NCBI GenBank assembly: GCA_004431415.1
Contig: QPMI01000452.1
Coordinates: 248,001-312,000 of the forward strand
Length of the DNA: 64,000 nucleotides
DNA from: Cyanophora paradoxa CCMP329
Lineage: Eukaryota > Plantae > Glaucophyta
Direction: 5' to 3'
In this document: positions 10,201-20,300 of the stretch, piece by piece
Layout of the letters: each line of letters begins with the position of its first letter
How positions within the stretch are numbered: position 1 is the stretch's first letter
Notes under the pieces: model-generated
What the model saw: the letters and a program-made list of their open reading frames with translations, nothing else
The model's database searches: none
Told to the model about the DNA's origin: nothing
Program-made: the position numbers and the translations under genes

Positions 10201-10491
10201 ATGCCAGGTTCTGCTATATTGGAGTATGTGGGTCTAAGAGCCAAAGTTTACAGTTTCAGAACTGCTGAGATTGAAAGAAGTAAGCTCTCTGGGACTTCCA
10301 CTGAGGAACTCCAATTTAATGATTTTAAGCAGTGTTTATTTGCAGGTATCAGCAAGACTGTGACTGCAAAGCAGAAGAGAAGGGCAGATCACACAATAGT
10401 AGACACTGTGAGTAGAAGGGTTGCCCTAAACTGCTTTGATGCAAAGAGATACATCTTACCAGATGGTATTAATTCTGTTCCTTTTAATTAA
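7246..10491 (+). CDS. Polinton/adintovirus-type protein-primed family B DNA polymerase (vOTU-like N-terminus, Zn finger, EndoVII-like insert, degenerate exonuclease)
   Basis: Motif A FDANNLYG, motif B KLMNNSIYGK, motif C FHDTDSF, and GLRAKVYS. CYLC...RDHDHHTG...ACRNCN (EndoVII-like). DSCF...GHY (OTU-like Cys/His). Confidence 0.92.
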   Translation: MPRISNRLIREKKWELMGLLGTLYAAHEITEAEYDREIGFISRGRPTLAKLTRKANTLYDKVETLDELDRLRQIEPEAEDGTAMNELYRWLTYRARREVVVDVIEYLDRIATSLPKRLRDSLDQFRAIKVRLSFICKFVKVSNPQVWISKYIYSDYFVLTKSRNIRTELNKAAQMCQEQMNVVDSYRLERIEMLRVAIMSYAPTGGCYVKTPESIAAKRATVNIRNIDDSCFENAILAWIHRKDVNSHKRSELTQYRKWKYSPSTYNPLALNFDNIPFPVPCDAEIIDKFEAQNAGISINIFGMDGDVIYPLHQSSNPGRKQKINLMLIHDDEGNGHYITIMSLSRLLRVALDKTKDQKLHYCDTCLSRFRSEAKLTAHVDSNRCIDWRLSKGITPKPDTTIEFGLKNLRKTVWLPVVVYCKIEHRSIPIDASKSKREVSAVNIRIVTGADVQEFRFEGQDPMGGLFECLESKARELIDFLFTNIPMNELTDEQKAVYRATKHCYLCSERFTKENFKCRDHDHHTGNYIAPACRNCNLHRRISKQTKVAVVVDQMDDCGTFIFRKIAGLGDKKRIEILSKHFDQYLSLQWGLYKFIDASNFMDFGAADVNELMDKFQAFRRLSHSVYGLDPVHYVSAPGLSWDAMLRTTKAKIELISDVEQYEFVERGIRGGFATMPCRYAEADGENSHIMLFDANNLYGFCLSQPIPVGDFRWETEFNPQDNRSSFLEVDLEYPIRLFLDHSDFPLIINKKIVEYAELSQYQKSLLDLSGEDLDKTPKLTATFGSVTNYVISEPLLQYLLDKGVKLKKIHRVLSFTVAPVMKPYIELNTEMRRKAVNKFEADFYKLMNNSIYGKCIESCRGRSVVKIANSEKLFMKYAASPLVKSTSPINEKAVAFEFYTKHVKLDKPVAIGAYVLDAAKLHNYQFFYDTVRTQWSKAKLLFHDTDSFCLYIESQTLEKDLENISYALDLGGSNRMTPGKYKNEMPGSAILEYVGLRAKVYSFRTAEIERSKLSGTSTEELQFNDFKQCLFAGISKTVTAKQKRRADHTIVDTVSRRVALNCFDAKRYILPDGINSVPFN

Positions 10492-10494
10492 GAG

Positions 10495-11550
10495 ATGCCA
10501 GCAACTGGAAGAATAGTTAGGAGAACCACTGAGCAACTGCAAGGGAACCTACTGCCCATCACAGTTCCAAAGGAGGAAAAGGGGGAATCTCGAATTGTAA
10601 AAAAGTCAGAGATGAAAGAGCTTGTCCCAGTAGAGATCCCAGTTGCTATTGCAGTGAAAGAAACCAGCAAGATTGCCAAGAGATTCTATGATGTGAGAAC
10701 TGGTTACAAAGGGCTTCAAGCTATGAGGGCTGAGTTACCTGATGAATCCTATAAGCAGTTGCAAGAGTTCTACAAGAAACAGGAAGTTGTTCAGATCAAT
10801 GCACCTGCTATATCTAGGAAGAGAGATCCCATGGTCCCAATAAGGCAACCCCTTGATACCTATGTGATTGATTTGCTCTTTTTCCCAGCTTATAAGAAAC
10901 AAAACAATGGCTATGATACATTTATGACTGCAATGGAATCAACACTGAGAACTGGGTATATTATACCTATAAGGGATAAATCAGCTCTCACTACATTAGC
11001 TGCATTTAAGCAGCTTGAAATGAGAGTGGCAAGACCCATAGTAAAGGTTCAATCAGATGCTGGAAGTGAATTCCAAAATCGAATATTCCAGGAGTATTTA
11101 TCTAGTAAATACATAGAACACCAAGTGAGTGGAACTGCTGACCACAGAAGCCAAGGTCGAATTGAAGCCTTTAACAAACAGATTAAGAGACTGATCACAA
11201 ACTACTGCATAGCCAATAACACAGCTAGATTCTTTGATGTGTTAGGTGATATTGAGTATAATTACAATAATACAGTCCACTCAGCTACTAAGATGAAGCC
11301 AGGCGAAACTACAGAGGAGCATTATAGGTATATAGTGGGATTAGAAGATGAAAGATTCAAGAAATCAATAGCTTACCTTGATACCATGCAGCCTGGCATG
11401 TTTGTGAGAGTGAAAGTTGAGAAAAACCCCTTTGCTAAACAGGGTAACAATTGGTCTAGGATGGTTTACACTGTTGATAGTAGGGAAGGCTTTAAGTTTA
11501 AGCTAAGGAGTCCCACTGGTGAGATCATAGAAAGAATATGGTTTGTGTGA
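10495..11550 (+). pseudogene. rve (DDE) integrase, copy A, C-terminally truncated at ~11531
   Basis: Catalytic YVIDL, QSDAGSEF, GRIEAFN. Lacks the last ~115 aa present in copy B. Confidence 0.88.
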
Positions 11551-11976
11551 CAGAAACTAGCCTCTCCATTGGTGAAATCAACAAGATAACACTGAAATTT
11601 TAACATTAAAAGAGATCCTTAGTAGACTTGGTGAAAGACTAGCCTCTCCATTGGTGAAAAAAGAAACACTGAAATTTTTGGCAACTGCTTTTTCGTTTAT
11701 GGGGCTTGTTGATTTCACCAATGGAGAGGCTAGTCTTTCACCAAGTCTACTATACCGTCGAGTCGACTCCTGGGCTAGTCTTTCACCAAGTCTACTATGG
11801 CAAGTGACTTTTGCATCTTCAAACTGTTATATCTCATCACCAGATCATCAAAACGCAACGTTCTGCATATCGCTGTGAAGCGCTTGATAAGATCTACAAG
11901 ACTATGTGTATATCATATGCATATATGTATATCAGTCATACATATATTTGGAAAAAACGAGTTTTTGCCTAGCAAA
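11532..11976. repeat. Rearrangement junction: patchwork of direct and inverted copies of the 13924-14011 region
   Basis: 11680-11753 is identical to 13924-13997. A 40-bp inverted repeat spans 11620-11659 / 11713-11752. The 26-mer ggctagtctttcaccaagtctactat occurs at 11728 and 11773. Confidence 0.9.
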
Positions 11977-13362
11977 CTAGCTAGTTTTGGTCCTTTCTCT
12001 TAGTGTTCTTTGAGGTTTAGGAGCTGTATATGACTCCTTAGTAGTCTGAAAGTCATTATACCATCTCTGGCTATTCACTTCTGAAAGTTTCTGTGTCCCT
12101 GCTATGGTGAGCTTTTTGAGTTCCCTGTTAACTTTCCCAGCCTTCTCCTTTCTAGCCTCTATCAAAGGCTTATCTGGGACTTCATTAGCAGCTTCTATGC
12201 CCTCTCTCCTTATAGCAGCATCAACCCTAGCTTCCTCTTTAGCTTGCTCCAAGGCATCCACTGTAGGTGTTTCTAGATACTCAACTGCATTCACAGGCAA
12301 CAGCTCATGGAAAGCAAACCTGTTATCTATGATCTCTCCAGTGGGACTCCTTAGCTTAAATTTAAAGCCTTCCCTACTATCAACAGTGTAAACCATCCTA
12401 GACCAATTGTTACCCTGTTTAGCAAAGGGGTTCTTCTCAACTTTCACTCTAACAAACATGCCAGGCTGCATGGTATCAAGGTAAGCTATTGATTTCTTGA
12501 ATCTTTCATCTTCTAATCCCACTATATACCTATAATGCTCCTCTGTAGTTTCGCCTGGCTTCATCTTAGTAGCTGAGTGAACTGTATTATTGTAATTATA
12601 CTCAATATCACCTAACACATCAAAGAATCTAGCTGTGTTATTAGCTATGCAGTAGTTTGTGATCAGTCTCTTAATCTGCTTGTTAAAGGCTTCAATTCGA
12701 CCTTGGCTTCTGTGGTCAGCAGTTCCACTCACTTGGTGTTCTATGAATTTACTAGATAAATACTCCTGGAATATTCGATTTTGGAACTCACTTCCAGCAT
12801 CTGATTGAACCTTTACTATTGGTCTTGCCACTCTCATCTCAAGCTGTTTAAATGCAGCCAATGTAGTGAGAGCTGATTTATCTCTTATAGGTATAATATA
12901 CCCAGTTCTCAGTGTTGATTCCATTGCAGTCATAAATGTATCATAGCCATTGTTTTGTTTCTTATAAGCTGGGAAAAAGAGCAAATCAATCACATAGGTA
13001 TCAAGGGGTTGCCTAATTGGGACCATGGGATCTCTCTTTCTAGATATAGCAGGTGCATTGATCTGAACAACTTCTTGTTTTTTATAGAACTCTTGCAACT
13101 GCTTATAGGATTCATCTGGTAACTCAGCCCTCATAGCTTGAAGCCCTTTATAACCAGTTGTCACATCATAGAATCTCTTGGCAATCTTGCTGGTTTCTTT
13201 CACTGCAATAGCAACTGGGATCTCTACTGGGACAAGCTCTTTCATCTCTGACTTTTTTACAATTCGAGATTCCCCCTTTTCCTCCTTTGGAATTGTGATG
13301 GGCAGTAGGTTACCTTGCAGTTGCTCAGTGGTTCTCCTAACTATTCTTCCAGTTGCTGGCAT
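11977..13362 (-). CDS. rve (DDE) integrase, copy B (461 aa)
   Basis: Same DDE motifs plus the Polinton-type GxxVRV...F.K...NWS tail. Few amino-acid differences from copy A. Confidence 0.9.
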   Translation of the reverse strand: MPATGRIVRRTTEQLQGNLLPITIPKEEKGESRIVKKSEMKELVPVEIPVAIAVKETSKIAKRFYDVTTGYKGLQAMRAELPDESYKQLQEFYKKQEVVQINAPAISRKRDPMVPIRQPLDTYVIDLLFFPAYKKQNNGYDTFMTAMESTLRTGYIIPIRDKSALTTLAAFKQLEMRVARPIVKVQSDAGSEFQNRIFQEYLSSKFIEHQVSGTADHRSQGRIEAFNKQIKRLITNYCIANNTARFFDVLGDIEYNYNNTVHSATKMKPGETTEEHYRYIVGLEDERFKKSIAYLDTMQPGMFVRVKVEKNPFAKQGNNWSRMVYTVDSREGFKFKLRSPTGEIIDNRFAFHELLPVNAVEYLETPTVDALEQAKEEARVDAAIRREGIEAANEVPDKPLIEARKEKAGKVNRELKKLTIAGTQKLSEVNSQRWYNDFQTTKESYTAPKPQRTLRERTKTS

Positions 13363-13365
13363 CTC

Positions 13366-13973
13366 TTAATTAAAAGGAACAGAATTAATACCATCTGGTA
13401 AGATGTATCTCTTTGCATCAAAGCAGTTCAGGGCAACCCTTCTACTCACAGTGTCTATTATTGTGTGATCTGCCCTTCTCTTCTGCTTGGCAGTCACAGT
13501 CTTGCTTATACCTGCAAATAAACACTGCTTAAAATCATTAAATTGGAGTTCCTCAGTTGAAGTCCCAGAGAGCTTACTTCTCTCAATCTCAGCAGTTCTG
13601 AAACTGTAAACTTTGGCTCTCAGACCCACATATTCCAATATAGCAGAACCTGGCATCTCATTTTTGTATTTACCTGGGGTCATTCTGTTGGATCCCCCTA
13701 GATCCAGATTAAAGGATATATTCTCTAGATCCTTTTGGAGGGTCTTAGATTCGATATATAGACAAAAGGAATCAGTATCATGGAACAGTAATTTGGCTTT
13801 GGACCATTGGGACCTTATAGTATCATAGAAGAACTGGTAATTATGCAGTTTGGCAGCATCCAAAACATAAGCCCCAATTGCAACAGGCTTATCTAGTTTC
13901 ACATGCTTTGTGTAAAACTCAAAGGCAACTGCTTTTTCGTTTATGGGGCTTGTTGATTTCACCAATGGAGAGG
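13366..13973 (-). pseudogene. C-terminal fragment of pPolB, copy B
   Basis: Homologous to the last ~200 aa of 7246-10491 (FHDTDSF motif), with synonymous and conservative changes; 5' truncated. Confidence 0.9.
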
Positions 13974-14051
13974 CTAGTCTTTCACCAAGTCTACTATGGC
14001 AAGTGACTTTTAATAAGGAGAGGCTAGTCTTTCACCAAGTCTACTATGACA

Positions 14052-14110
14052 GGTCTATCCCAAACTTTTCTATAACATAAAAATGAACTATCAAAAGTTT
14101 GGGATAGACC
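14052..14110. repeat. Perfect 18-bp inverted repeat related to the 3319-3411 hairpin
   Basis: ggtctatcccaaactttt (14052-14069) / aaaagtttgggatagacc (14093-14110). Confidence 0.9.
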
Positions 14111-14380
14111 ACACACACCTTTCACACCCAATTATTTCAAAATTCCTAAGGGTCCCCCCTTAGACTCAACAAAACAATGATAAAATCATATAAGTTTCAT
14201 GTATAATTACGATTGGATTCAATAAGAGATCGATTTGTTTTATTTAACAAATGAATCATTTATGGATCTTAATCGAGTTTAGCGATATATTTCCGATTAA
14301 ATGAATTAAATTTAATTAAATTTAATCGAGAAAGTACATGAATATAATATCGATTAAATCAATTAACTTTTAGACCAATC

Positions 14381-14663
14381 ACACATAGTAAAATGCGGAG
14401 TTTTAACCAGAGGCAAGATCTAATTGAGATTCAGTTATATTATTCGGAAATATATACAGATTATCGATAGACTCAGTAAGACTAATCGGAAAAGAAGAGA
14501 AATTTACGATAAAATATCGAAAAGAATACAAAATAATCGAAATAATTGAATATTCGATAAGATATACACAGATTATCGATTGATTGAAATAGAATATACG
14601 AGATATATCAACAAAATCAATTAAGATAAGCCGAGGGTTAAAACTCCGCATTTTACTATGTGT
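14381..14663. repeat. Perfect 28-bp inverted repeat at the element terminus (14381-14408 / 14636-14663)
   Basis: acacatagtaaaatgcggagttttaacc ... ggttaaaactccgcattttactatgtgt. The second arm coincides with the AT/GC boundary. Confidence 0.95.
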
Positions 14664-14983
14664 TATTTGGACAGCTTCGCAATCCTAGTGTCGCCCTTTC
14701 TCCGGCGTCTGTCGGCTTCGCACTTCAGCAGCTTCTCAACCTCGCTGGTATTGACAAATCTGGTTTCGCCACGCACAGCCTGCGCCGCGGTGGGGCCTGT
14801 GCTCTTGCAGCTGCTGGTGTTCCCGACGACGTCATTCGCGCCTTCGGACGTTGGCATCCGGATTCTCAGGTCTATCGCCGCTACATTCAGGGTTCGGCGA
14901 GGCCCGGTCTCACCAGCGCCATGGTTCTCGCCGGGAACATCCCGACTCCCTTGCCTTCGCCGTCATCTTCGCCTTCTGCTTGA
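14663..14983 (+). pseudogene. C-terminal fragment of a tyrosine recombinase (DIRS/Ngaro-type retroelement)
   Basis: THSLRRGGA...FGRW..DS.VYRRY matches the HxxR, H/W and catalytic Tyr motifs. The N-terminal part is replaced by the viral terminus. Confidence 0.85.
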
Positions 14984-15658
14984 TTCCGGCGTTGTCTTTG
15001 TCTTTGGGGCGCGGGCACCCTTGCCGCCACTGCGGACGTGCCCCATGGCGGAGGCCGCCCGCTTACCCTTCTTTATTATTCATATGCAGATTCATATTCC
15101 CATTCATTTGCTTTACAGCTGCATGAGCATGATTTCTCTTATGTCTGTCATGCATATGATGCATGAGCGCATTCATACTGTAGATTTAGATATAGAGTAG
15201 CTGCAGACTTTCTGCATTCATAGCTAATCATTTGTAGTCTCTAGATCCCTTTAGTACTCTTCTTTTTCTCAATATTCTCTTCAACCATTTATACACACAA
15301 TCATTCGTAACCGAATGAATTGTAAACTAGCTGCTAGGAAATCCAAATCTTTGCTGCCATTGTTGTGAGCAAGTGTGTTCGCCTGCTATCAGGAAACCTT
15401 CACTTCATGGCAATTGTACAAGTAGTACCTCAATTGCAATATACGAAATGAGCGCTGTCCGAAGATGGCTTCTACATCTAAGCTGGCGCTAGTGAGGCCC
15501 GTACTACGGTATCGCATTAATTACCTCACGGCCGCCCAAATCAGATCGCCGAGCGCCGCGCCGCCCACGAGGGGCAGCGCCGCGGCCCGGTCCTCGCCGA
15601 AGTCGCCGGGGCCTGATCATGAATCGCAAAGTGAGAGATCAGTTCGGCAGTCCCAAGC

Positions 15659-17176
15659 TTAAGCGGCAAGGGCGGACAGTACTCGTTGGAGGGGGGGTAC
15701 CCGGGCCCGTCCGCGAGAACCCCCAGCCTCTGCATGGAACAAAATAGGCTGGATCAGATCGGCAGGGGTGCGGCACCAGGGGGCAGGGCGCGGGCCTGCA
15801 GGCCCAGGGCGACGAGCTCCGAGCAGAAGAGCTCCCGCTCGCTGGCCATGTTCTGGGACCACCTGAGCACGTGCCTCCGCCCGGGGTCCGGCGCCGACCT
15901 GCCGGACGTACCCCCGAGCTCAGATATACATCGGTACCCCCCTTTGAACCGCGTACGCGTACCCCGGGGCGTCCGCCATGTCCAGGGCGCTCTTCGCCTT
16001 CTCCTACCAGTCCGTCTCGTACCTCCGGTCTTTCACCTGCGAAAATTGGAGGGGAGAGAGGGGGGGGTCCGAGGTGCGGGGCGGTCGGGTGGCCCGACCT
16101 CGTGCCAGAACGCCTCCAATTTCCGGCGGAATTCCGGGGTCCTTTCCACGTTCTGAGTCGGACCTCAGTCAGATCGATTGCTCAGGGGGGGGGGGGGAGG
16201 GGGGGGAGGGGGGGGGGAGGGGGGAGAGAGAGAAAGGGTACACGCGCCAACAGGCGGCGGACGCCCATCGCGAGGGGCCCCTTGCCATCGGGGACGAGGT
16301 ACTGGCGCGTCCGGAGGGGTACTGCGTTTCGGAGGGGTCAGAAAGACCGCGCCGCGGCCGCGGCCGCCCGGCGGCTCGCGGCACGCGCGCGCGCACGTGG
16401 AGTGAGGTTCATGTCTGCCCGCCGCCGAGCCGCGCGGAGCTCGAGTGAGCTGGGGGGTACGGGACGCGGCTGCGGCTGGGGCGGCGCGGACTGTCGCAGG
16501 GAGGGGGGACGTCCCCGGGGTCGCGTAGCCATGCCTCCATCATACACACCTCGTCCACCTGCCGCATAGATATCCCCGGACTCGATCGGTCAACGTGTAA
16601 AAGCGGACGGATCGGAACGGAGTGCGGCACGCGCGCCTCGGTCCCCTTCGCGTTCTCCTCGTACCACTTGTCGATGGATCGGCAGTGCACGCCATCGCGC
16701 TTGTACACGAGGGCGACGTGACTGCAGGAGGCCGGGTCAGCTCGAGCACAGCCTCGGCTGGCACAGCCTCGGCCACGAAAAAGCGGGCCCGGCGCGCACG
16801 TCCAGCGGGAACGCTGCGCAGCCATGGCATCGGTGCTGTCGTACCAGCTCTGCAGCACGAGGTCTCCAGCTGCACCGGCGGTCAGCGCGCGTACGCGCAG
16901 CCTTGTTCGCGCGTAGACCGCACCATCGAGCGTTCGTGTGAGGTCCATGAGGTCGTCGACGCTCACGCGGTTCTTTACAAGGCCGAACCCGAGGAACGCG
17001 TGTTGGCCGAAGCCCTGGTCCGGGAGCGATGTCACGGCGCTGCGGCCGAAACCAGCGCCCATTGCATGGAAGGCTGCCGCGCGCGCTGGGCCAGTTGGGG
17101 CCTGCGCTGCGAAACTGTAGGCGCGCAGAGTCGCGAGGGACAACGCTGAAGCGGATTCAGGAGCGCGTAGAACCAA
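15659..17176 (-). CDS. Hypothetical intron-containing host gene, divergent from the SHLD2-like gene
   Basis: Coding-like exons (GFGQHAFLGFGLVKNRVSVDDLMDL; SHVALVYKRDGVHCRSIDKWYEENAK) separated by GC-rich introns. No family recognised; boundaries approximate. Confidence 0.4.
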
Positions 17177-17392
17177 GGAGAGAAGCGGAGACGATGCGGA
17201 ATTGCTGTGCCCCCCATCCTCCTCCCCCCCCCCAGGTTCACGTTCACGCGTACGGCTCGCCAGGTTCGCTCAGCTTCGCTGGCGAACGCAGGCTACTATT
17301 GATCGAAAAGATGGCTTGGCGCGGCTCAGGGCGGCCAGCGAGCGATCTACCGGTACAGCGCGGCTCGCTTTGAGCTCGGGGCAGCTGAGTAG

Positions 17393-20300
17393 ATGGCACC
17401 GGCCGACGATGGCGACCAGGGCGGCGCGGGCGAGCTCGAACTGGAGCTGGACCCGTCGCTCCCCGACGACGAGCACCCCGGCGTTCCTGGCGTCGAGACG
17501 GGAGACGGGCGCGCCGTCGGGGCGGACTCAAAAGCGCTCGATCCGGGAACGCTCGCGCGGCCCGACATCGGCCCAGCGGATGCAGCGGGCGGTCCGGCGC
17601 CTGCGTCGCCTGCGCGAGAGAGTTCGCCAGCGCGGCGGCCGCCGTCGCCAGCGCGGTTGCCCGCCGCCGCCCGCGCGGCGGAGCAGGAGGCGGCGCCGCC
17701 GCGCGACAGCGACGCGGAGGAGTACGAGGCCCTGCAGGAGCTCTCGCTCCGCCTTTTGGAGGAGCACGACCTCGCCGCAGCGGCCGCCGCTGCTGCAGCA
17801 GCACCAGAGCCACCGGCGGAGCCGCCACCCGGCCCGCCGCCGGAGCCGGAGCCGCTCGCCGCGCCTCCGCCCGCCCGCGCGTCCAGCTGTAGCCTCTTGG
17901 CGGCCCGCGCCGCCGTGCCGTGCACCGTCGCCACGCCGGAGAGGAGCCGCTCGGGCCCGCCCGCAAACTCATCTTCCGCACCCGGCGCCGCCGCAGCCGG
18001 GGCGAAGCGGCCCGCGGGGCCCGCGGGCCGCCGCCGCCGGCGGCAAAGCGGCCTCGCTCGCTCGCGGAGCTGCGGGCGGGAGAGCAAGCCGCGGTCCTCG
18101 GTGTGGTCATGCAGGCACGCCCCGCGCCCCACCCGCGCTCCCGCCCGCCGCCCCCGCCCCCGCCCGCCCTCGCCCGCCCGCCGGACGAACGCTCCTCTCA
18201 GATCTTCCCCGAGCAAGCGGTCCTCTGCGGCTCAGAGCTCGTCCCTACGTCCAACGTCATCGTCGCGGACCGGTCCGGCGAACGCCTCCGCGTCCGTTCC
18301 CCCGGGAGACCGTTCCCCCCGCGCGCGCCACGCTGACGCCGCGCCCGCCGCAGCTGACGTTCTGGCGGGTGGGAGCGGCCTGGGCGCAGCGCCTGTGGCC
18401 CGGCGATGTGCTTGAGGTCTTCCGCGTGGCTCTGAAGGAGTGGCAGGGCCAGGTGCGGGGGGCGGGGGGGCCGCGCCCGGCGGATCTCACCTGACTCGCG
18501 CCCTCAGGTCACAGGCAACGTGGGCGCGTGCTCGTGCCGTGTACCCCCCTCAGCGCGGCGCGCCCATGCGCGTGGCGAGCGCGGGCCGCAGGTCGTGTCT
18601 CGGACGCGCGGGTCCTCCGGAGGCTGCGGACGGGCCCCGAGCGAGCCCCGGGGCCGTACGGCCGGCCGCTGCACCCGCCGCCTGACCCCGAGGCTCGTCG
18701 TCGTCGAACTCCCCCCCCCTCCCCCTCCCGGCGTGACTTCGTTCGCAGGTTGTCGACGGGCTCGCGGCGTGGGCCGCCGAGCACCACGCGCCCCTCCTGC
18801 GGCCAGCCGCCGGCCCCCCTCGCCCCCGCCCGCCGCCCCGCGACCCCGTCGACTTCGCCCCCTCCCTAGCCGCCCTCCAGCCCGATACCCTCCTCCACGT
18901 CCGCGTCCGCGTCCTCGGTACCCCCCCCCCCCGTCCCCTCCCCTCCCCCTTCCCCCTGCCCTCCCGTGACCCGCGCAGCCGCGCCGCGCCCGCCGCAGGC
19001 CCCTCCGCCGGCGTCCGGCCAGAGCGGTCGCCGCAGGCGGCTCCGCGTGACTGTGGTCGTCGCCGATACCCCCGACCGGCCCGTCTGCCTCCACCTGTAC
19101 CCCCCGTCCCCCTTCCACCTGCCTCCCCCCGCTTCCCGTGTCCCGCTCTCTATGCTCATCGGACGGCGCGCAGGTGGGAGGAGGGCGTGGCTCGGCTTCT
19201 CCCCCTCCTGTGCCCGGGTACCCTCGTCGAGCTCCAGTACCTCCAGTGCCGCGCGCGCGTACCCCCCGCCCGCTTCCCCTCCCCCCTTCCCCCCAACCCC
19301 TTGCCGAGAGCAGGCGCAGGGACCCCCACCTCCCAGCGGGGCGGCCGCACCTGCACTGTAGCCCCCGGACCGCTGCGGCGCCCCTCTCGCCCGCCGACCC
19401 CGCCGCCGCCCGCCTCGCCTCCGCCTTCGGGCCCCCTCCCTTCGTCGAGTACCCCTCCCTGGCCGCGCTGCCCCCATCCGGCCTCGCCCGCGTACCCGCC
19501 CTCGTCTCCTCCCTCCGCCTGCCCGACGACGTACCCTGGACCGGCGACGGCGCGCCCGTACCCCTCCCCGGCCCTGAACGCCGTAACCCTTCCTGAATCC
19601 CCCCCCCCTCCCGCGCAGGCTTCGCCGTGGACGAGGAGGGGGTACCGGCGGCGTACCGGGCCGTCCGCGCGGCCTGCCCCCGCTGCGGCCGCGCCGTCGA
19701 GCCCTGCCCCGAGGTACGCACGCGCGCGGTCCTCGGACGGTTAAAGTTGATAGCCGTCCTTAGGATAGATGAGTAGGTAGAGTTGAGGTCTAGAGTGCAA
19801 GCGAGGAACGCGTGCCCTGCACGTACAGCCTAGCTGTATAGCCTCAACTCTACCGCCACGCCTAAGCTGCCTAATGCTACTTCTCGACGCCTGAACCCCT
19901 CCGGATCCCACCGCCGCTGACTCAAGTGACTTCGGTCGCAGGGGATCTACGGCTGCGGGGCGTGCCCCCCGCCCCTCAGCGCCGAGGAGGCGGTCCGGTG
20001 GGAGTTCCGCCCCGCCTTCGTGCGCGCTCCTCGAGCCCAGGGCCCTAAGTATAAGCTTTAAGCATAAGCTTTAAGCAGAACCTCCCGCTAGCCCCTCTGA
20101 GAGCTCTTTTACTCGTTCCAGAGGCAGTTCCCCTCCGCCTTCGTGCGCATACGCGCTCTTCGAGCTCACAGCCCTAAGAATAAGCTTTAGGCTCAGATCT
20201 AGAGCCTCCCGCTAGCCACTCTGAGAGCTCAGTTCCTCTCCCGGTCTCCTCTCTCCTTCTCGTGACTCTGCGCCCGCGCAGGCGCTGCTGAGCGATCCTT

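Larger units (their letters stand above)
1..14663. mobile_element. Endogenous Polinton/Maverick-like (PLV-type) viral element, left end outside window
   Basis: AT-rich, intronless, tightly packed ORFs including pPolB, rve integrase, A32 ATPase and D5 primase-helicase. Abrupt switch to GC-rich DNA at ~14664. No capsid gene recognised inside the window. Confidence 0.9.

Noticed and set aside
9885-13973. 1.65-kb inverted repeat as the element's terminal inverted repeats
   Set aside because: The arms are only ~0.8 kb apart, internal, coding, truncated and diverged from each other. True TIRs flank the whole element and are near-identical.
11728-14047. 26-nt direct repeats with short fillers as a CRISPR-like or MIMIVIRE-like memory array
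   Set aside because: There are only two pairs, in mixed orientation, partly derived from the adjacent PolB sequence. Template switching explains them better.
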